Made by a program: the position numbers and the translations under genes. The notes beneath the pieces were generated by a model. It saw nothing but the letters and a program-made list of their open reading frames with translations. It was not told the DNA's origin and made no database searches. DNA of 63,533 nucleotides, filler included, from Octopus bimaculoides (taxonomy: Eukaryota), in NCBI RefSeq assembly GCF_001194135.2. It is 3 parts of 3 records of this genome, joined end to end, with 100 filler letters (N's around TTAATTAATTAA, not from the genome) between each part and the next. Parts side by side here need not be neighbours in the genome. Positions count along the whole stretch, not along the records: positions 1 to 29,690 come from NC_068991.1; 2 more parts are not named here. The stretch is one strand, 5' to 3'. Shown one piece after another: positions 13,041-26,117 of the stretch. Each line of letters starts with the position of its first letter. The first letter of the stretch is position 1.

Positions 13041-13482
13041 TACGAGGGGAAGTCAAAAATTATCCGAACTTTCACCATGACAAATCTCAATTATTGTCAT
13101 GCTGACTTCTGCGCATGTGTGCTTATAGCTGGTACTAACGTGGTCAAGTAATCAACCGCTGGCTTTCTAGCTTTACAATGTAAGCTCGGCTGCTCCACTA
13201 GCAATGTGTTCAGTGAAGAACAAAGAGCAGCCATCCGAGAGATGGTAATGGTTAACCGGTTTACGATTACCACCTATCGAACTTGCTGAATCTTCTCGTC
13301 AGTGGTGGAGTTTAACCTGCGTCCTGTTCCCTCTTCGTGTGTCACTTTGTCCGGTCACTTTTAAACTTCTCGATCCACTCACACACACTTAGGCGCAACA
13401 GTGCACTGTCCCTGTAGTTTGTTAAACGCTTCCGATTAATTTCGGCACATAACACACCTTCCGACCAGAGAAATCGGATCCA
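13041..13482 (+). mobile_element. Mariner transposon 5' remnant with fold-back rearrangement
   Basis: TA + TIR-like CGAGGGGAAGTCAAAAATTATCCG; plus strand ..APLAMCS.EEQRAAIR; minus strand 13482-13258 IRFLWSEGV..CEWIEKFKSDRT...STTDEKIQQVR (mariner HTH region). Confidence 0.8.
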
Positions 13483-13564
13483 CTATATATATATATATTG
13501 ATAGAAAAGACAACAAAAGAAAGAAAGAGACCTCGATATTATGTAAATAGAGGAATTTAATACA

Positions 13565-13627
<63 letters not shown>

Positions 13628-15222
13628 GGTGTGTGTGTGTGTGTGTGTGTGCGTGTGCGTGTGTGTGTGTGTGTGTGTATGTATATGTATGTGCATACAA
13701 CAGACTCTCCCGTTGTTAGACGACGTATGAAGCCTCGACAGTTTCTCACCGAACAACCACACACAAGTTTTTTTTTTATATATATATAATGATCAAATGT
13801 TAGTGTAGACAAAAGCTCACTCCCTCCATCAAATCTCACATTACCTAAACACGTGCAACTGTGTGCCACATGTCAGATGTCCAAACGATTGCAGAGCATA
13901 CATGAGTGCGCGTCCACGTGAGTGTGTGTATGTGTTTGTGTGTGTGTGTTTGTGTATGTATGTGTGTGTGCATGTGTGTATGTACATGTAAATTACTTTT
14001 CTGAAGAAATTTCCAGTCTTACCTGTCACCGTCTCAGATTTATGGAAGGCGGATTTTGTTTGTTGCTATTCTTGCTAATGAGAATCTGTATATAATATTT
14101 TCTTCCTGTTTTCCATATAATGGTCACGAGTCCAACAAAAGAAAAACTAATCTCATATCTCAGCTGCTGCCCATATCTGCGTGCGTCTTCTCTAATTATC
14201 TCTGGGTTACAACTAAGTCATTTTCATACATGCTTCCATAATGAAATTTTCAATGGAATTAATATCTCGGGCAGGAAAATAGTAGACATGTAGATCTAAC
14301 ACGTCAATACCGCACAAAAGGCTAGAGATAGCGCTCACTAAAAACTACTAAATTAACGGCTAAGTCTCACTCAAGTACTCTCAAGCTTAGAAGACGAATG
14401 AAAACATTGAATAAATGAGTCTTTATGTCTACTTAATCACATGTAGTATGGATTGAAAAGAACGGCAAAAGCAAAAAGCCGCAGGTTATATATTAGCTCC
14501 GCCAGGTAGGGTGCTTACTATTATTATATATATTAGAGAAGTTGAGGACACTAAGCTTGCCACCATTCGTTTTGTAATTACCATCATCTCCTTAGAACCA
14601 AGAACTCCCCATCACACGTGACCCGTAGTGTAGCTTTACTATATGCAACGGCAGACAATCATATACTGCTACAAATTAATGATACATTCACACCGTAAGC
14701 GAATCTATTGAATCGACACAGCTATAGTACAATTTTCCTATATTTCACCTATTGCAGAAAGATTAAATTGCAATGTGCAAATTTTAATACAACTGCCATT
14801 ATACCGAGATAGTCATGACCACACGAGCAAAGCGATAATTAAATATCCTTAGAAAGCAGCAAAAATATGTACATGGCTTCTATTATTTTGAACACTCCTG
14901 TGCAGTATAATGTTTCATAATAAGCTTGTCAATAGTAAACACACGCTCGTTTGTTTTTATCGCCATATTATTTTAAAACAAGTTAAAACAAAATGCTTTT
15001 TAAAAGATATTCCGCAAAATGATTGAAAGTTCTTGTACCAATTCTAAGATTTTCTATATATCACTTTTTACTACTGGGATTTCGAATACGACAGTTACTT
15101 TAAGGAAAGAATTAACCATGATAATCGCCATTTTATTGCAAAGCAGTGATTTGACGCATCGGTATTTGATCCAGTAATAGAATGCGAATCCTGTCGCTGT
15201 CAAATTTGTTCCTATATTTCAG

Positions 15223-15252
15223 GGATTTACAAGACAAAGCATCATCTCAGAG
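15223..15252 (+). CDS. Candidate 30-nt exon (GFTRQSIISE in phase 0)
   Basis: Acceptor TTTGTTCCTATATTTCAG and donor GAG|GTGAGT, both near consensus, in non-repetitive sequence. Confidence 0.55.
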
Positions 15253-16026
15253 GTGAGTAATTAGCCTGATTGTTATAACGTAGGATGAAAATCTTTGCGA
15301 TATCCGTTCCACCAGTTTAGGTTCTCAGTTCAAATGGTGACATTGTGATCCATTTAGTTGTAGCAGGGCATCAATAATAATTGAATCGAAACGGTGATTG
15401 GAACAGCATTTTGATCATATAAAGCATGAATTGTGAGACTACAGCGAAGAGAGACAAAGCAAGAACAAACAAAAAAAAATGGCCGTTTTACTACAACCTG
15501 TTGTGTATTATATCAGTAGTCACCAAAACAAAACAGAACGTCAGCATATTGCACACTGGTATCTGTATTTGTTAATGAATTGGTGTTTTCGAAGCTCACC
15601 AGTTGTTGTTGTTTTGTCCACGTCATAAATGATTCACAGGCCCTATAATTAAAGACATTATTCTCATATATCGAACTCCCCGTTGTGCAGTGTATCACTG
15701 TCTTCTAATCTGTGCGTATATTTGCGTGAATTTATCTGATATTTTCTCTAGCATTTAGAACCATTATGTTTAGACTGTTTCATTGGTTTGATTCGATGAC
15801 GTGAATTCACGATATAATAGTGAAAGGCAAAAAGCTAAATTCTAAATTAGCAGCTCATCTCCAGATGGACACTTGTCGATTAATAGCAACTCTTGGTGTG
15901 TCGACTCTAGGACTGTCACCTAACAACCTTATAAATGCAGGTTATCTTTTATTAACAGATATTATAAACGATTAAAACGGATTAGTATGACTCGTGATAA
16001 TTGCTTACATTTATTTCTTTTTGCAG

Positions 16027-16053
16027 AGTGATACATCATCTGAAGAAGACTGA
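16027..16053 (+). CDS. Candidate terminal coding exon (SDTSSEED*)
   Basis: Strong acceptor CTTACATTTATTTCTTTTTGCAG; continues the frame of the 15223 exon to TGA, giving a Ser/acid-rich C-terminus. Confidence 0.5.
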   Translation, partial: SDTSSEED

Positions 16054-16809
16054 AAATTGTTCTTTTCTGAGAAAAGTATTCTTATAGCAGCGGACACAAA
16101 AATGCAATTACGATTATGTATACCTCGAAATATTGTCATATTCATCAGAAAAATCTATGGATTACGAACAATATTCATTTATCTTAATTACATATATATT
16201 AGCTAGCAATGTGTTTTGTAAAAGATGTGCGTGTTTAACTTCTATATAACTTTATTATCGTTTTCTCTTTTTTGGGGATGGGGGCGCATCACTATGAAAT
16301 TCAAATTGGATTTTGTTATGAATGGCAAGGCTGCAATAATTTCGAGAGAACAAATAAGTGGGTCAACTAAAAGGTGTAAGTGATTTTTTACATCAATTTA
16401 TCGAATATAAATGAATTCATTGTCTTGTGTTTTATTTAGGAAATAATGAATACGGAGGTTCTGTGCCCTACTGCTTGCATGTAATATATTAGGTGAACGT
16501 TAATGTTTTCTGCACAACCAGTAAAATTAAACAAGAACAAAAAGAAGCCAAATATATTAGCTGATTAACCAATGACGAATGGTCATGAACAATTTGCGTG
16601 ACTATCTTTCTGGGAGGGGCTTAACAAATCGAAAATGTACATGAATTACGAAGTTAATATTACGTTGTATATTAGATAAAAATTTGACTTGGCAATATAA
16701 GGAAACGAAGGCCGTCTATGGTTAGTGAGTTGATCTTCCAAAAATTACAAATAGACCATCTTTAAATCACATATCACCGACTCAAAACCGAGAGGAGGCA
16801 GAAGATCCC

Positions 16810-17150
16810 GGACGGATGAAACGCAAAGTCGACCCCGGTGGCAGTTGAACTCAGAACGTACAGTCGGACGAAACGTTGCTAAGCGTTTTACCCGGCATAT
16901 TAATGATTCTTCCAGCACATCGCCTTCATGAGATAGTGACTTCAGGTTTTGGCACAATGCCAGCAGTTTCGAGGGAGGAGCAAATCGATTACATCGATCA
17001 CCGTGCTCAAAGGATACATATTTCATCACCCCCCGATAGGAAAAAGAGTAAAGTCGACCTCAACGGCATTTGAACTCAGAACGGAGAGACGGACGAAATG
17101 ACGCTTAGCAATTTGCTAAGCGTGCTGACGATTGAGCCTGCACATCACTT
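16810..17150 (-). mobile_element. Two tandem SINE family A copies (16810-16928, 16942-17150)
   Basis: Reverse complement of the family A motifs (AAAGTCGACC..TTGAACTCAGAACG..CGCCTTCA). Confidence 0.8.
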
Positions 17151-17189
17151 TGAGGAGTCGGCGTAGGATATTATTGTCAGTAATAATTT

Positions 17190-17800
17190 GGCTGAAAATA
17201 AAATCACCAGCACACACAAAAGAGAGCGAGTATTTGTGGACCAAATATGTTTGTTCATACATGCGGTCGATTAAAACTGACGTGAAGGCAAGTAATAACG
17301 GTATCAATAAATATATGTGATAAGCGATGCCACCAACCATGAAACAATATTATGTATACTGGAAGTAATACGATATTATAAGGCAATGTAATAAAGCTAT
17401 ACAACGAACAGATGTCTATATACTGTAGGTATTATACAGAATGGCGAATGTAGTTAAGCTTATATGTGTTTGGGTATAAATGTCATTTAACAAGAAACTG
17501 AGAATGAAGTCACGTAAAAGAAAATGCTCAGACACGAGAATGGGAAACATTGCTGCAAGGACAGTTTATCAGGCAAATAGAAAACAGGAAAAAAGACCGA
17601 TAGCTTTGACAGGATTCTGGAAGATTTATGAGGGAAATTGAAAATCCTTATGGCAAAGAACAACCCATTAGTCGATCATTGATGCAAAACATGATATGTG
17701 CAACGAGACTTTGTGATGTATTTGTCAAATAAATTAATGTACCATTCATATAATATGCAAATGCTACAAGTTTTTCACAAAGAGATTTTAACAGTTAAAG
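17190..17800 (+). mobile_element. Heavily decayed R4/Dong-like (RLE-type) non-LTR retrotransposon fragment
   Basis: EWETLLQGQFIRQIE (cf. WxxKPLHGQFxRQ), then MREIENPYGKEQPI and a frameshifted RLC...HII.KC.KFSQRD zinc-knuckle-like segment. Confidence 0.5.
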
Positions 17801-18957
17801 TGACAGAGAAGGAAACAGTTAACTCCAAGATTAGTGAAATGAGAAATAGTCGAAAATCGGTTAATGGGATCAGCTGGAAAAATATTTTAAGGTTGCGTGA
17901 ATTTTCTCATCGTATAACATCGTTGTATACATATATGATGTTGATAAGAAGAGATGACAACCACAATATTTAAGGCCACATTTTTTTGTCATAGCATTCA
18001 ATGTCGGAATCGAGGTCACGGGCGTATAAGGAAAATAATTGGAAATAATATTTCTGAATTTGGCAAGTGAAATGGAACTTAATAAGGTTCGGTGATCAAC
18101 GTCATGAATGTAGAAACAATGTCTGAGATTATAAATAAGTTTCCACAAATATTTGGAAGGCATTGGAGTTATAAATTTTTAAAGTGATACCGATGCAGTT
18201 CCCACATGAAAACTTGTTAGAAATATAGTTTTCTCATTAAATATTGAGATATGAAAATTTTAAGATAATAGTTATAAATATATATTCACAGCGACAGAAT
18301 GGCGATAGTAATTCCATTCACACCTCAGCAAACATAAATATATCACTTGATGGTTTAATACAAGGAGGAAATTGGAAAACGAATCAAACGGCAAATGTTG
18401 TGGGGAAACGATAGCGAAGAGAAACACGCATAGAACAAGGAGTATAGAAAAGCATGAACATGGCGAACCCTAGAAGGCAGACACCTATAAATGTTAATGA
18501 AGAATCTCCACAGACACAGCTCTTAACTGAATTCAAAGAATAAATTGTCTGTCTCCCTACAGCGGTGTCTGACTCAGAGTAAACCCATTCATCACAGAAA
18601 TACACACATCGCATTTCAACATCTCAGTAAATTTATTGATCGACAGCTCATGACATATCTCCTACTTTTTATTCTCACCATCCTCTTTAAATGGCAATTG
18701 AAATTCGTAATAAGGGCCTTGCCGGTGAAAATAGTAGTTTAAACAAATTTTAAATCTTGTTTAGCAACACATTTCTCCAACCGCACGATAGTATATAATT
18801 ATTTTCTGTTGTCTGAATGCAAAGCTGCTTTTAACGTGAGATCATGTGGTATTTATGCCTTTCTGCTGAAAATTTTCAGCTTAACCCAAGAGAACTATTT
18901 CCAACCAATAATAGCTATCTGGTGTATTGACCTTCTATATGTGATAACAACATTAAC

Positions 18958-19200
<243 letters not shown>

Positions 19201-20199
19201 ATATGTTCCCTATAAAAATGCCAATAAACATGACACCAAAGAAATGTAACAAAAGAAAAACAGATCAAAAAATTACAACTAAATATGCATAAAAATATAT
19301 ACCCTGTGACAAGTATTAAATATTTATTCTTGCTTCTGAGCAGAGAACTATATTTCTTTCCTATTTATCTTGCTCTGCCACCAGCATTATAATTATGTGC
19401 GAAAATTTATTTTATTTCTCGTTATATTCGTTTTCGTATATTCCAAATTTATTATTCTTTATTTTTACTTGCATATTCTTGTGATTTTTCAAATGACAGA
19501 AGAAAAAAAATGAAAAAGAAAATGTAGTAAATAAATACAAACAAAAAAAAACTATAATAGTATTGGGGTAAATAGAACACATACATCAATACACTGAAAA
19601 CACACCAATACATATAGTGAAAGCGAAATGAAATAAACTAGAAATATGACCAAAATAATAATAAAAATAATAATAAAAATAACAACATATTAGTTTTCAC
19701 ATAATGTCGAAAAGAAAACCACTTAAAGAATAATTTTCTTTAACTCACTTTTAAACAAACGCGTGCAGAGGCAAATACGAACATATACAGGGACGTGTGT
19801 ATATAAGCATATATATAAAGACATACAAGTATTTAAGTATATACACGCTTACGCCAGTACACATATGCACTCACGGATTTACAAGCGAGGGTTGCTACTT
19901 CGGGATTTGTACGCGTATGCATACAAGAGTAAACACAGCAACACACACGTCATCCGTCTTAGTTTGTCCACATTAAGACACATGCGCGCACACATACACA
20001 CGCACACACACTCATACACACGGACATACACACACACACACACAAAGACAGATGAACGTATTGGAATTTACGTGTGTGCATATGTACATCTATGTGTACT
20101 AATAAGCAAACGCAGATATATCTATACACACACATATATACACACATCTACACACGCACTCACATACACATATATACACACATATATATATGCGCATAA

Positions 20200-20251
<52 letters not shown>

Positions 20252-20691
20252 TTTTGTACACCTATATGTATATATATACATATGTATGTATGTATATNNN
20301 NNNNNNNNNNNNNNNNNNNNNNNNNNNNNNNNNNNNNNNNNNNNNNNNNNNNNNNNNNNNNNNNNNNNNNNNNNNNNNNNNNNNNNNNNNNNNNNNNNNN
20401 NNNNNNNNNNNNNNNNNNNNNNNNNNNNNNNNNNNNNNNNNNNNNNNNNNNNNNNNNNNNNNNNNNNNNNNNNNNNNNNNNNNNNNNNNNNNNNNNNNNN
20501 NNNNNNNNNNNNNNNNNNNNNNNNNNNNNNNNNNNNNNNNNNNNNNNNNNNNNNNNNNNNNNNNNNNNNNNNNNNNNNNNNNNNNNNNNNNNNNNNNNNN
20601 NNNNNNNNNNNNNNTATATATATAAATTTATGCGCATATATATGTGTGTATATATGTGTGTGTATAGATACATCTGCGTTTGCTTATTAGT

Positions 20692-20746
<55 letters not shown>

Positions 20747-21439
20747 CCTATGTTTAGTTATATCTCCCCTTCATCACACGCACATGCGCGCTCAAACTCA
20801 CGCACGTATTATCACCCAGCATCTATGCACACCAAAAAACAATCGTATATATACGCACTTATACAAAACATGAATAGCAAACACACACTCGTAAATGTAT
20901 ATAAATATTTGTGTCCGAGGATATGTGTGAAACTAGTGTTTTCTCTGAAGTGTAGGAGTTTGTGGATGTATGTGTGTGTATCGTTCTCATCCGCTTTCTC
21001 ATATATTTTCTATCATATATTTACACTGCTTCCTCGTATTCACTTTTTCAAAGACTTGGAATTCTCTCCCTTCATTCCTCTTCCTCATCACCGCCCACTT
21101 TTCTTTCTCTGCTTTTTTTGTCTTTTTCTTTTTGTCTGTTTTATGTTTATTGTGTCGATCACAATGTCTCTGATTCCCTTCGTACATCTATTTTGAAAAT
21201 CTGTTGTGATACTTCATATTCTACTTGTCTCTCGAAGTATATTTTTCTCCCTAAAATATTCCACTCTAATTGTTAATTTTCTTCTCTTAAGCAATACCTA
21301 TGATATTTGAAAGAAAAAAAATGAACTATTTTTCTATCAATTCAAATCATTTGCCAACTCTTTGTAAAGAACTTTCTCCAACGCATAATTTCGAGATACA
21401 GTTTCACTTCTAAAGCCTGGCACTGTCTCATATCTCCCA

Positions 21440-22094
21440 TCTGATTCTAATTCACTTTTCGCCTCTTGTTTCCTGTCCCTGTCTCACTAAACACATCATA
21501 TTTTCCAGTGATGTGATAGGGCTAATGTGCTCTTGATCAGTTTTCAGAAGATGCGGAACAACCCAATCCGAAACCTTTGTCCTGCTATTTTGATTGTAGA
21601 TAATATTCTCACCACTGACGGAATATAACAATAACATTGGCTATTTGATTTATAATCCGTCGCCTCTTATCCATCACCTAGTGGTCAATACGATCAATGA
21701 TTTCCTCAGTGGTGACACTTGCAAGATGTCCAGACGTTGGGTCAACCTCGAGGTTCTCACCTCCCCTCATAATTACAGCTGCTCACTTTTACAGTACTGA
21801 TAATGCTGGAGCATCGTTCTCTAATGTATAACCATGTCAGCATGAATTTCCTTGGGGTCTGAACCACTTTTCTGTTGATCCTTGATAATAGTACGATGCT
21901 AAAATTTCTTCATTTTGAAGGTAAGTTCCAACTAGCTGCACTCTAAATCTCGTTTCGACAGTTAAATGTCATTTTACCTAAAACAAAAGAATGCTGTTAT
22001 TAATAAGAAGAGTTGACGTTAATACATGCAAGAATTCACAACTCTAGCATCATTCCTTCATAGTCAGCCTATCAAATTTTCAGTCCACCCACGT
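21440..22094 (-). mobile_element. Mariner transposon 5' remnant (TIR plus HTH-coding region)
   Basis: Minus strand begins TA-CGTGGGTGGACTGAAAATTTGATAGG; decayed translation KEIHADMV.TLENDAPALSTV...ENLE.D..SG...TTEEIIDRI...VSDWVVPHLLKTDQ (WVPxxL motif). Confidence 0.85.
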
Positions 22095-22974
22095 ACATAC
22101 AATCCATACCTTCGGTGTATAGAAGACACGTAGATTTTGACATCAAGTTTTGAGATAAAATATCGCGTTTATATAGATACGTGTGCCTGTGTTTGTTTCA
22201 GGGTCTTTCGTTCATGAAACGATAATACCATGATATCTGCCTCACAGAATCTTCTAAACTATTACCACATGTAATGCACTTCGCATAAAAAGTTTTATAC
22301 TTTTTAGAAATGGTTAAGTTATCCTGTCTGTATATATTCGTGTGTTTGTTGGCACGTTGTGCTTGTGTGCTTGTAACAATACATATATACATATACCACG
22401 AATATACCTATGATTCTCAATAGTTACACACATTTCTCTTCCCCGTTTCCTCAATGTCAATATTATCACCCACATCTCCCCACCTCCACATAATTCTTCC
22501 CTTCTTTCTGGCGCGAAAGCCATGATTATGTGACCAGCTTCTTTTTGTCAAGCAATGTATTGAAGAAAATGTGTTCAATATCTCCAATATCAGTTCGACA
22601 ACATTCACCGAATCAAAACCAAATTGTACCACCATCACCTCCAACAACAACAACAACACGATAAAAAACTGGAAAATAATGATATTGTATGTGGTTGCTT
22701 GCTCTGTAGGAGAGAAAAAACAAACAAACAAATTCGCTGTTATAGAAAAAGAAAACATTTCTGATACTGTTATCCTAAATATCACTAAAGTGACTGTACA
22801 GTCAAAGCTGGTATGACTTTTTTCACGTTGAACGTGGGCCAAAATAAGAGCAATAATGACGAAGGAAACAATAACATCCAGACGGAAAAGACACGGCTTC
22901 AAAATCATTCTCTCTTAGATCTTCTCTTTTTAAATTATACTTACGATTAATCATACATACACAGATTCCATGGT

Positions 22975-23250
22975 ATTGGTTTCAAATTCAGCACTTGGCT
23001 AGCAATTTGGGGAAGGTGTCTAGTCGAAAACATCGACCTGAATGTTTATGTCTAGTCGAAAACATCGACCTGAATGTTTATCTGGTACTTAATCTATCGC
23101 CTCCGATAGGATGTAAAGCAAAGGCAACCCGGTAATATAAAAAGGCACAATCGACTCTAGCACCATGTCAACTCAGAACGTAAATCTAAAAGAAATCCTG
23201 GTAACGATTTTGTCCGGTGACGTAAGGATTCTGCTAGCTCAGCGCCTTAC
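22975..23250 (-). mobile_element. Decayed SINE family A copy with internal exact 32-bp tandem duplication (23017-23080)
   Basis: Reverse-complement family A motifs; TGTCTAGTCGAAAACATCGACCTGAATGTTTA x2. Confidence 0.65.
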
Positions 23251-23353
23251 TACAGAAGCGATAACATTAAACAACCAAATCCAAAAAAGGAAAAGGAAAA
23301 ACATATATTTGTATATAAATATAATATATATGTGTTTATATATAAGATATGTA

Positions 23354-23387
<34 letters not shown>

Positions 23388-23609
23388 NNNNNNNNNNNNN
23401 NNNNNNNNNNNNNNNNNNNNNNNNNNNNNNNNNNNNNNNNNNNNNNNNNNNNNNNNNNNNNNNNNNNNNNNNNNNNNNNNNNNNNNNNNNNNNNNNNNNN
23501 NNNNNNNNNNNNNNNNNNNNNNNNNNNNNNNNNNNNNNNNNNNNNNNNNNNNNNNTTTATATATACACACATACATTTTATATATTTATACTTGTATGTA
23601 TGTATTATG

Positions 23610-23652
<43 letters not shown>

Positions 23653-23692
23653 AAACACACATGTATACATAGATATATCCATATATGTGTAT

Positions 23693-23740
<48 letters not shown>

Positions 23741-25000
23741 GGATATTATTTGCTTTCAGGTCAAGTTTGATATATATAAAAAAAAAACTGAATTACCATT
23801 GAATCGGGGGATGAATCTAAGTTTTAGTAGCCTTTCATATTAATTTTCTCATCAGAATAGTTGACAGTAAATAAACCGAAAGTTCGAAGTTACTGTCAAT
23901 CTCTTCCTTGAAAAGCTATTCCTTTATCTATGTACATATATACCTATACATAGATAGAAATATACATATTCATGTATGTGTGTGTTCATGCATATCTGTG
24001 TACGCTAAGAAACAGATATATACATATACATATACATAAATATATATATACATACATACATACATACATACATACATACATACATACATACATACATACA
24101 TACATACACACATACACATATATATAGTTAGATATTATTGTCTTTCTTTCTGACCAAACATCGTTTTCAATTTCTCATTTCCAACCTCGATATCATTCCC
24201 AATTTAAACTATTTGAGCTTCTCTCAATGCCTTTTCCATTTCTTCCACATAATCTCTCACTTCCTCTCTTTCTCTTTCTGCCTCTCTATATCTNNNNNNN
24301 NNNNNNNNNNNNNNNNNNNNNNNNNNNNNNNNNNNNNNNNNNNNNNNNNNNNNNNNNNNNNNNNNNNNNNNNNNNNNNNNNNNNNNNNNNNNNNNNNNNN
24401 NNNNNNNNNNNNNNNNNNNNNNNNNNNNNNNNNNNNNNNNNNNNNNNNNNNNNNNNNNNNNNNNNNNNNNNNNNNNNNNNNNNNNNNNNNNNNNNNNNNN
24501 NNNNNNNNNNNNNNNNNNNNNNNNNNNNNNNNNNNNNNNNNNNNNNNNNNNNNNNNNNNNNNNNNNNNNNNNNNNNNNNNNNNNNNNNNNNNNNNNNNNN
24601 NNNNNNNNNNNNNNNNNNNNNNNNNNNNNNNNNNNNNNNNNNNNNNNNNNNNNNNNNNNNNNNNNNNNNNNNNNNNNNNNNNNNNNNNNNNNNNNNNNNN
24701 NNNNNNNNNNNNNNNNNNNNNNNNNNNNNNNNNNNNNNNNNNNNNNNNNNNNNNNNNNNNNNNNNNNNNNNNNNNNNNNNNNNNNNNNNNNNNNNNNNNN
24801 NNNNNNNNNNNNNNNNNNNNNNNNNNNNNNNNNNNNNNNNNNNNNNNNNNNNNNNNNNNNNNNNNNNNNNNNNNNNNNNNNNNNNNNNNNNNNNNNNNNN
24901 NNNNNNNNNNNNNNNNNNNNNNNNNNNNNNNNNNNNNNNNNNNNNNNNNNNNNNNNNNNNNNNNNNNNNNNNNNNNNNNNNNNNNNNNNNNNNNNNNNNN

Positions 25001-25031
<31 letters not shown>

Positions 25032-25361
25032 ATGTACATAATTATATGTGTATATATACACAAACAAACACACAAGCATATATATTATATTATATGTATT
25101 TATAATAGTATATATTTATATTTATAATCGTATTTATGTGTATATACATATATATAAATACATAAACATGTGTGCATGTGTGTGTATGTATGTGTGTGTG
25201 TGTGTGTGTGTTCACTTGTATGAGTGAGTGCCTTTTCCTATGTATTTGTTCGTGTTTCTGTGTTTTCATTGCGCAGGTATATCAACGTGAGAAGCAGTAC
25301 TATTCATACACATATACTCATGTTTGAAAACTTATACATATTAACTATAGATTTCGTTATG

Positions 25362-25392
<31 letters not shown>

Positions 25393-26083
25393 CGTGTATG
25401 TTGGTGACAGTGTGTTTTACTTTTTATTACTGTTCCTGGATACAAAATGTATTAAACTCCTAAATATTTCAACCAAACCTGTATACAAAATTGTGATATT
25501 AAAATTTATACCACTCAGTCTATATATGTATATACATATATNNNNNNNNNNNNNNNNNNNNNNNNNNNNNNNNNNNNNNNNNNNNNNNNNNNNNNNNNNN
25601 NNNNNNNNNNNNNNNNNNNNNNNNNNNNNNNNNNNNNNNNNNNNNNNNNNNNNNNNNNNNNNNNNNNNNNNNNNNNNNNNNNNNNNNNNNNNNNNNNNNN
25701 NNNNNNNNNNNNNNNNNNNNNNNNNNNNNNNNNNNNNNNNNNNNNNNNNNNNNNNNNNNNNNNNNNNNNNNNNNNNNNNNNNNNNNNNNNNNNNNNNNNN
25801 NNNNNNNNNNNNNNNNNNNNNNNNNNNNNNNNNNNNNNNNNNNNNNNNNNNNNNNNNNNNNNNNNNNNNNNNNNNNNNNNNNNNNNNNNNNNNNNNNNNN
25901 NNNNNNNNNNNNNNNNNNNNNNNNNNNNNNNNNNNNNNNNNNNNNNNNNNNNNNNNNNNNNNNNNNNNNNNNNNNNNNNNNNNNNNNNNNNNNNNNNNNN
26001 NNNNNNNNNNNNNNNNNNNNNNNNNNNNNNNNNNNNNNNNNNNNNNNNNNNNNNNNNNNNNNNNNNNNNNNNNNNNNNATATA

Positions 26084-26117
<34 letters not shown>

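Noticed and set aside
14023-14085. Minus-strand 63-nt exon with a strong GTAAGA donor
   Set aside because: The acceptor is purine-rich and all three frames contain stops.
22417-22908. 163-aa hydrophobic minus-strand ORF as a membrane protein
   Set aside because: It is best explained as the antisense shadow of ACA/CAA-rich plus-strand sequence; no recognisable family motif.
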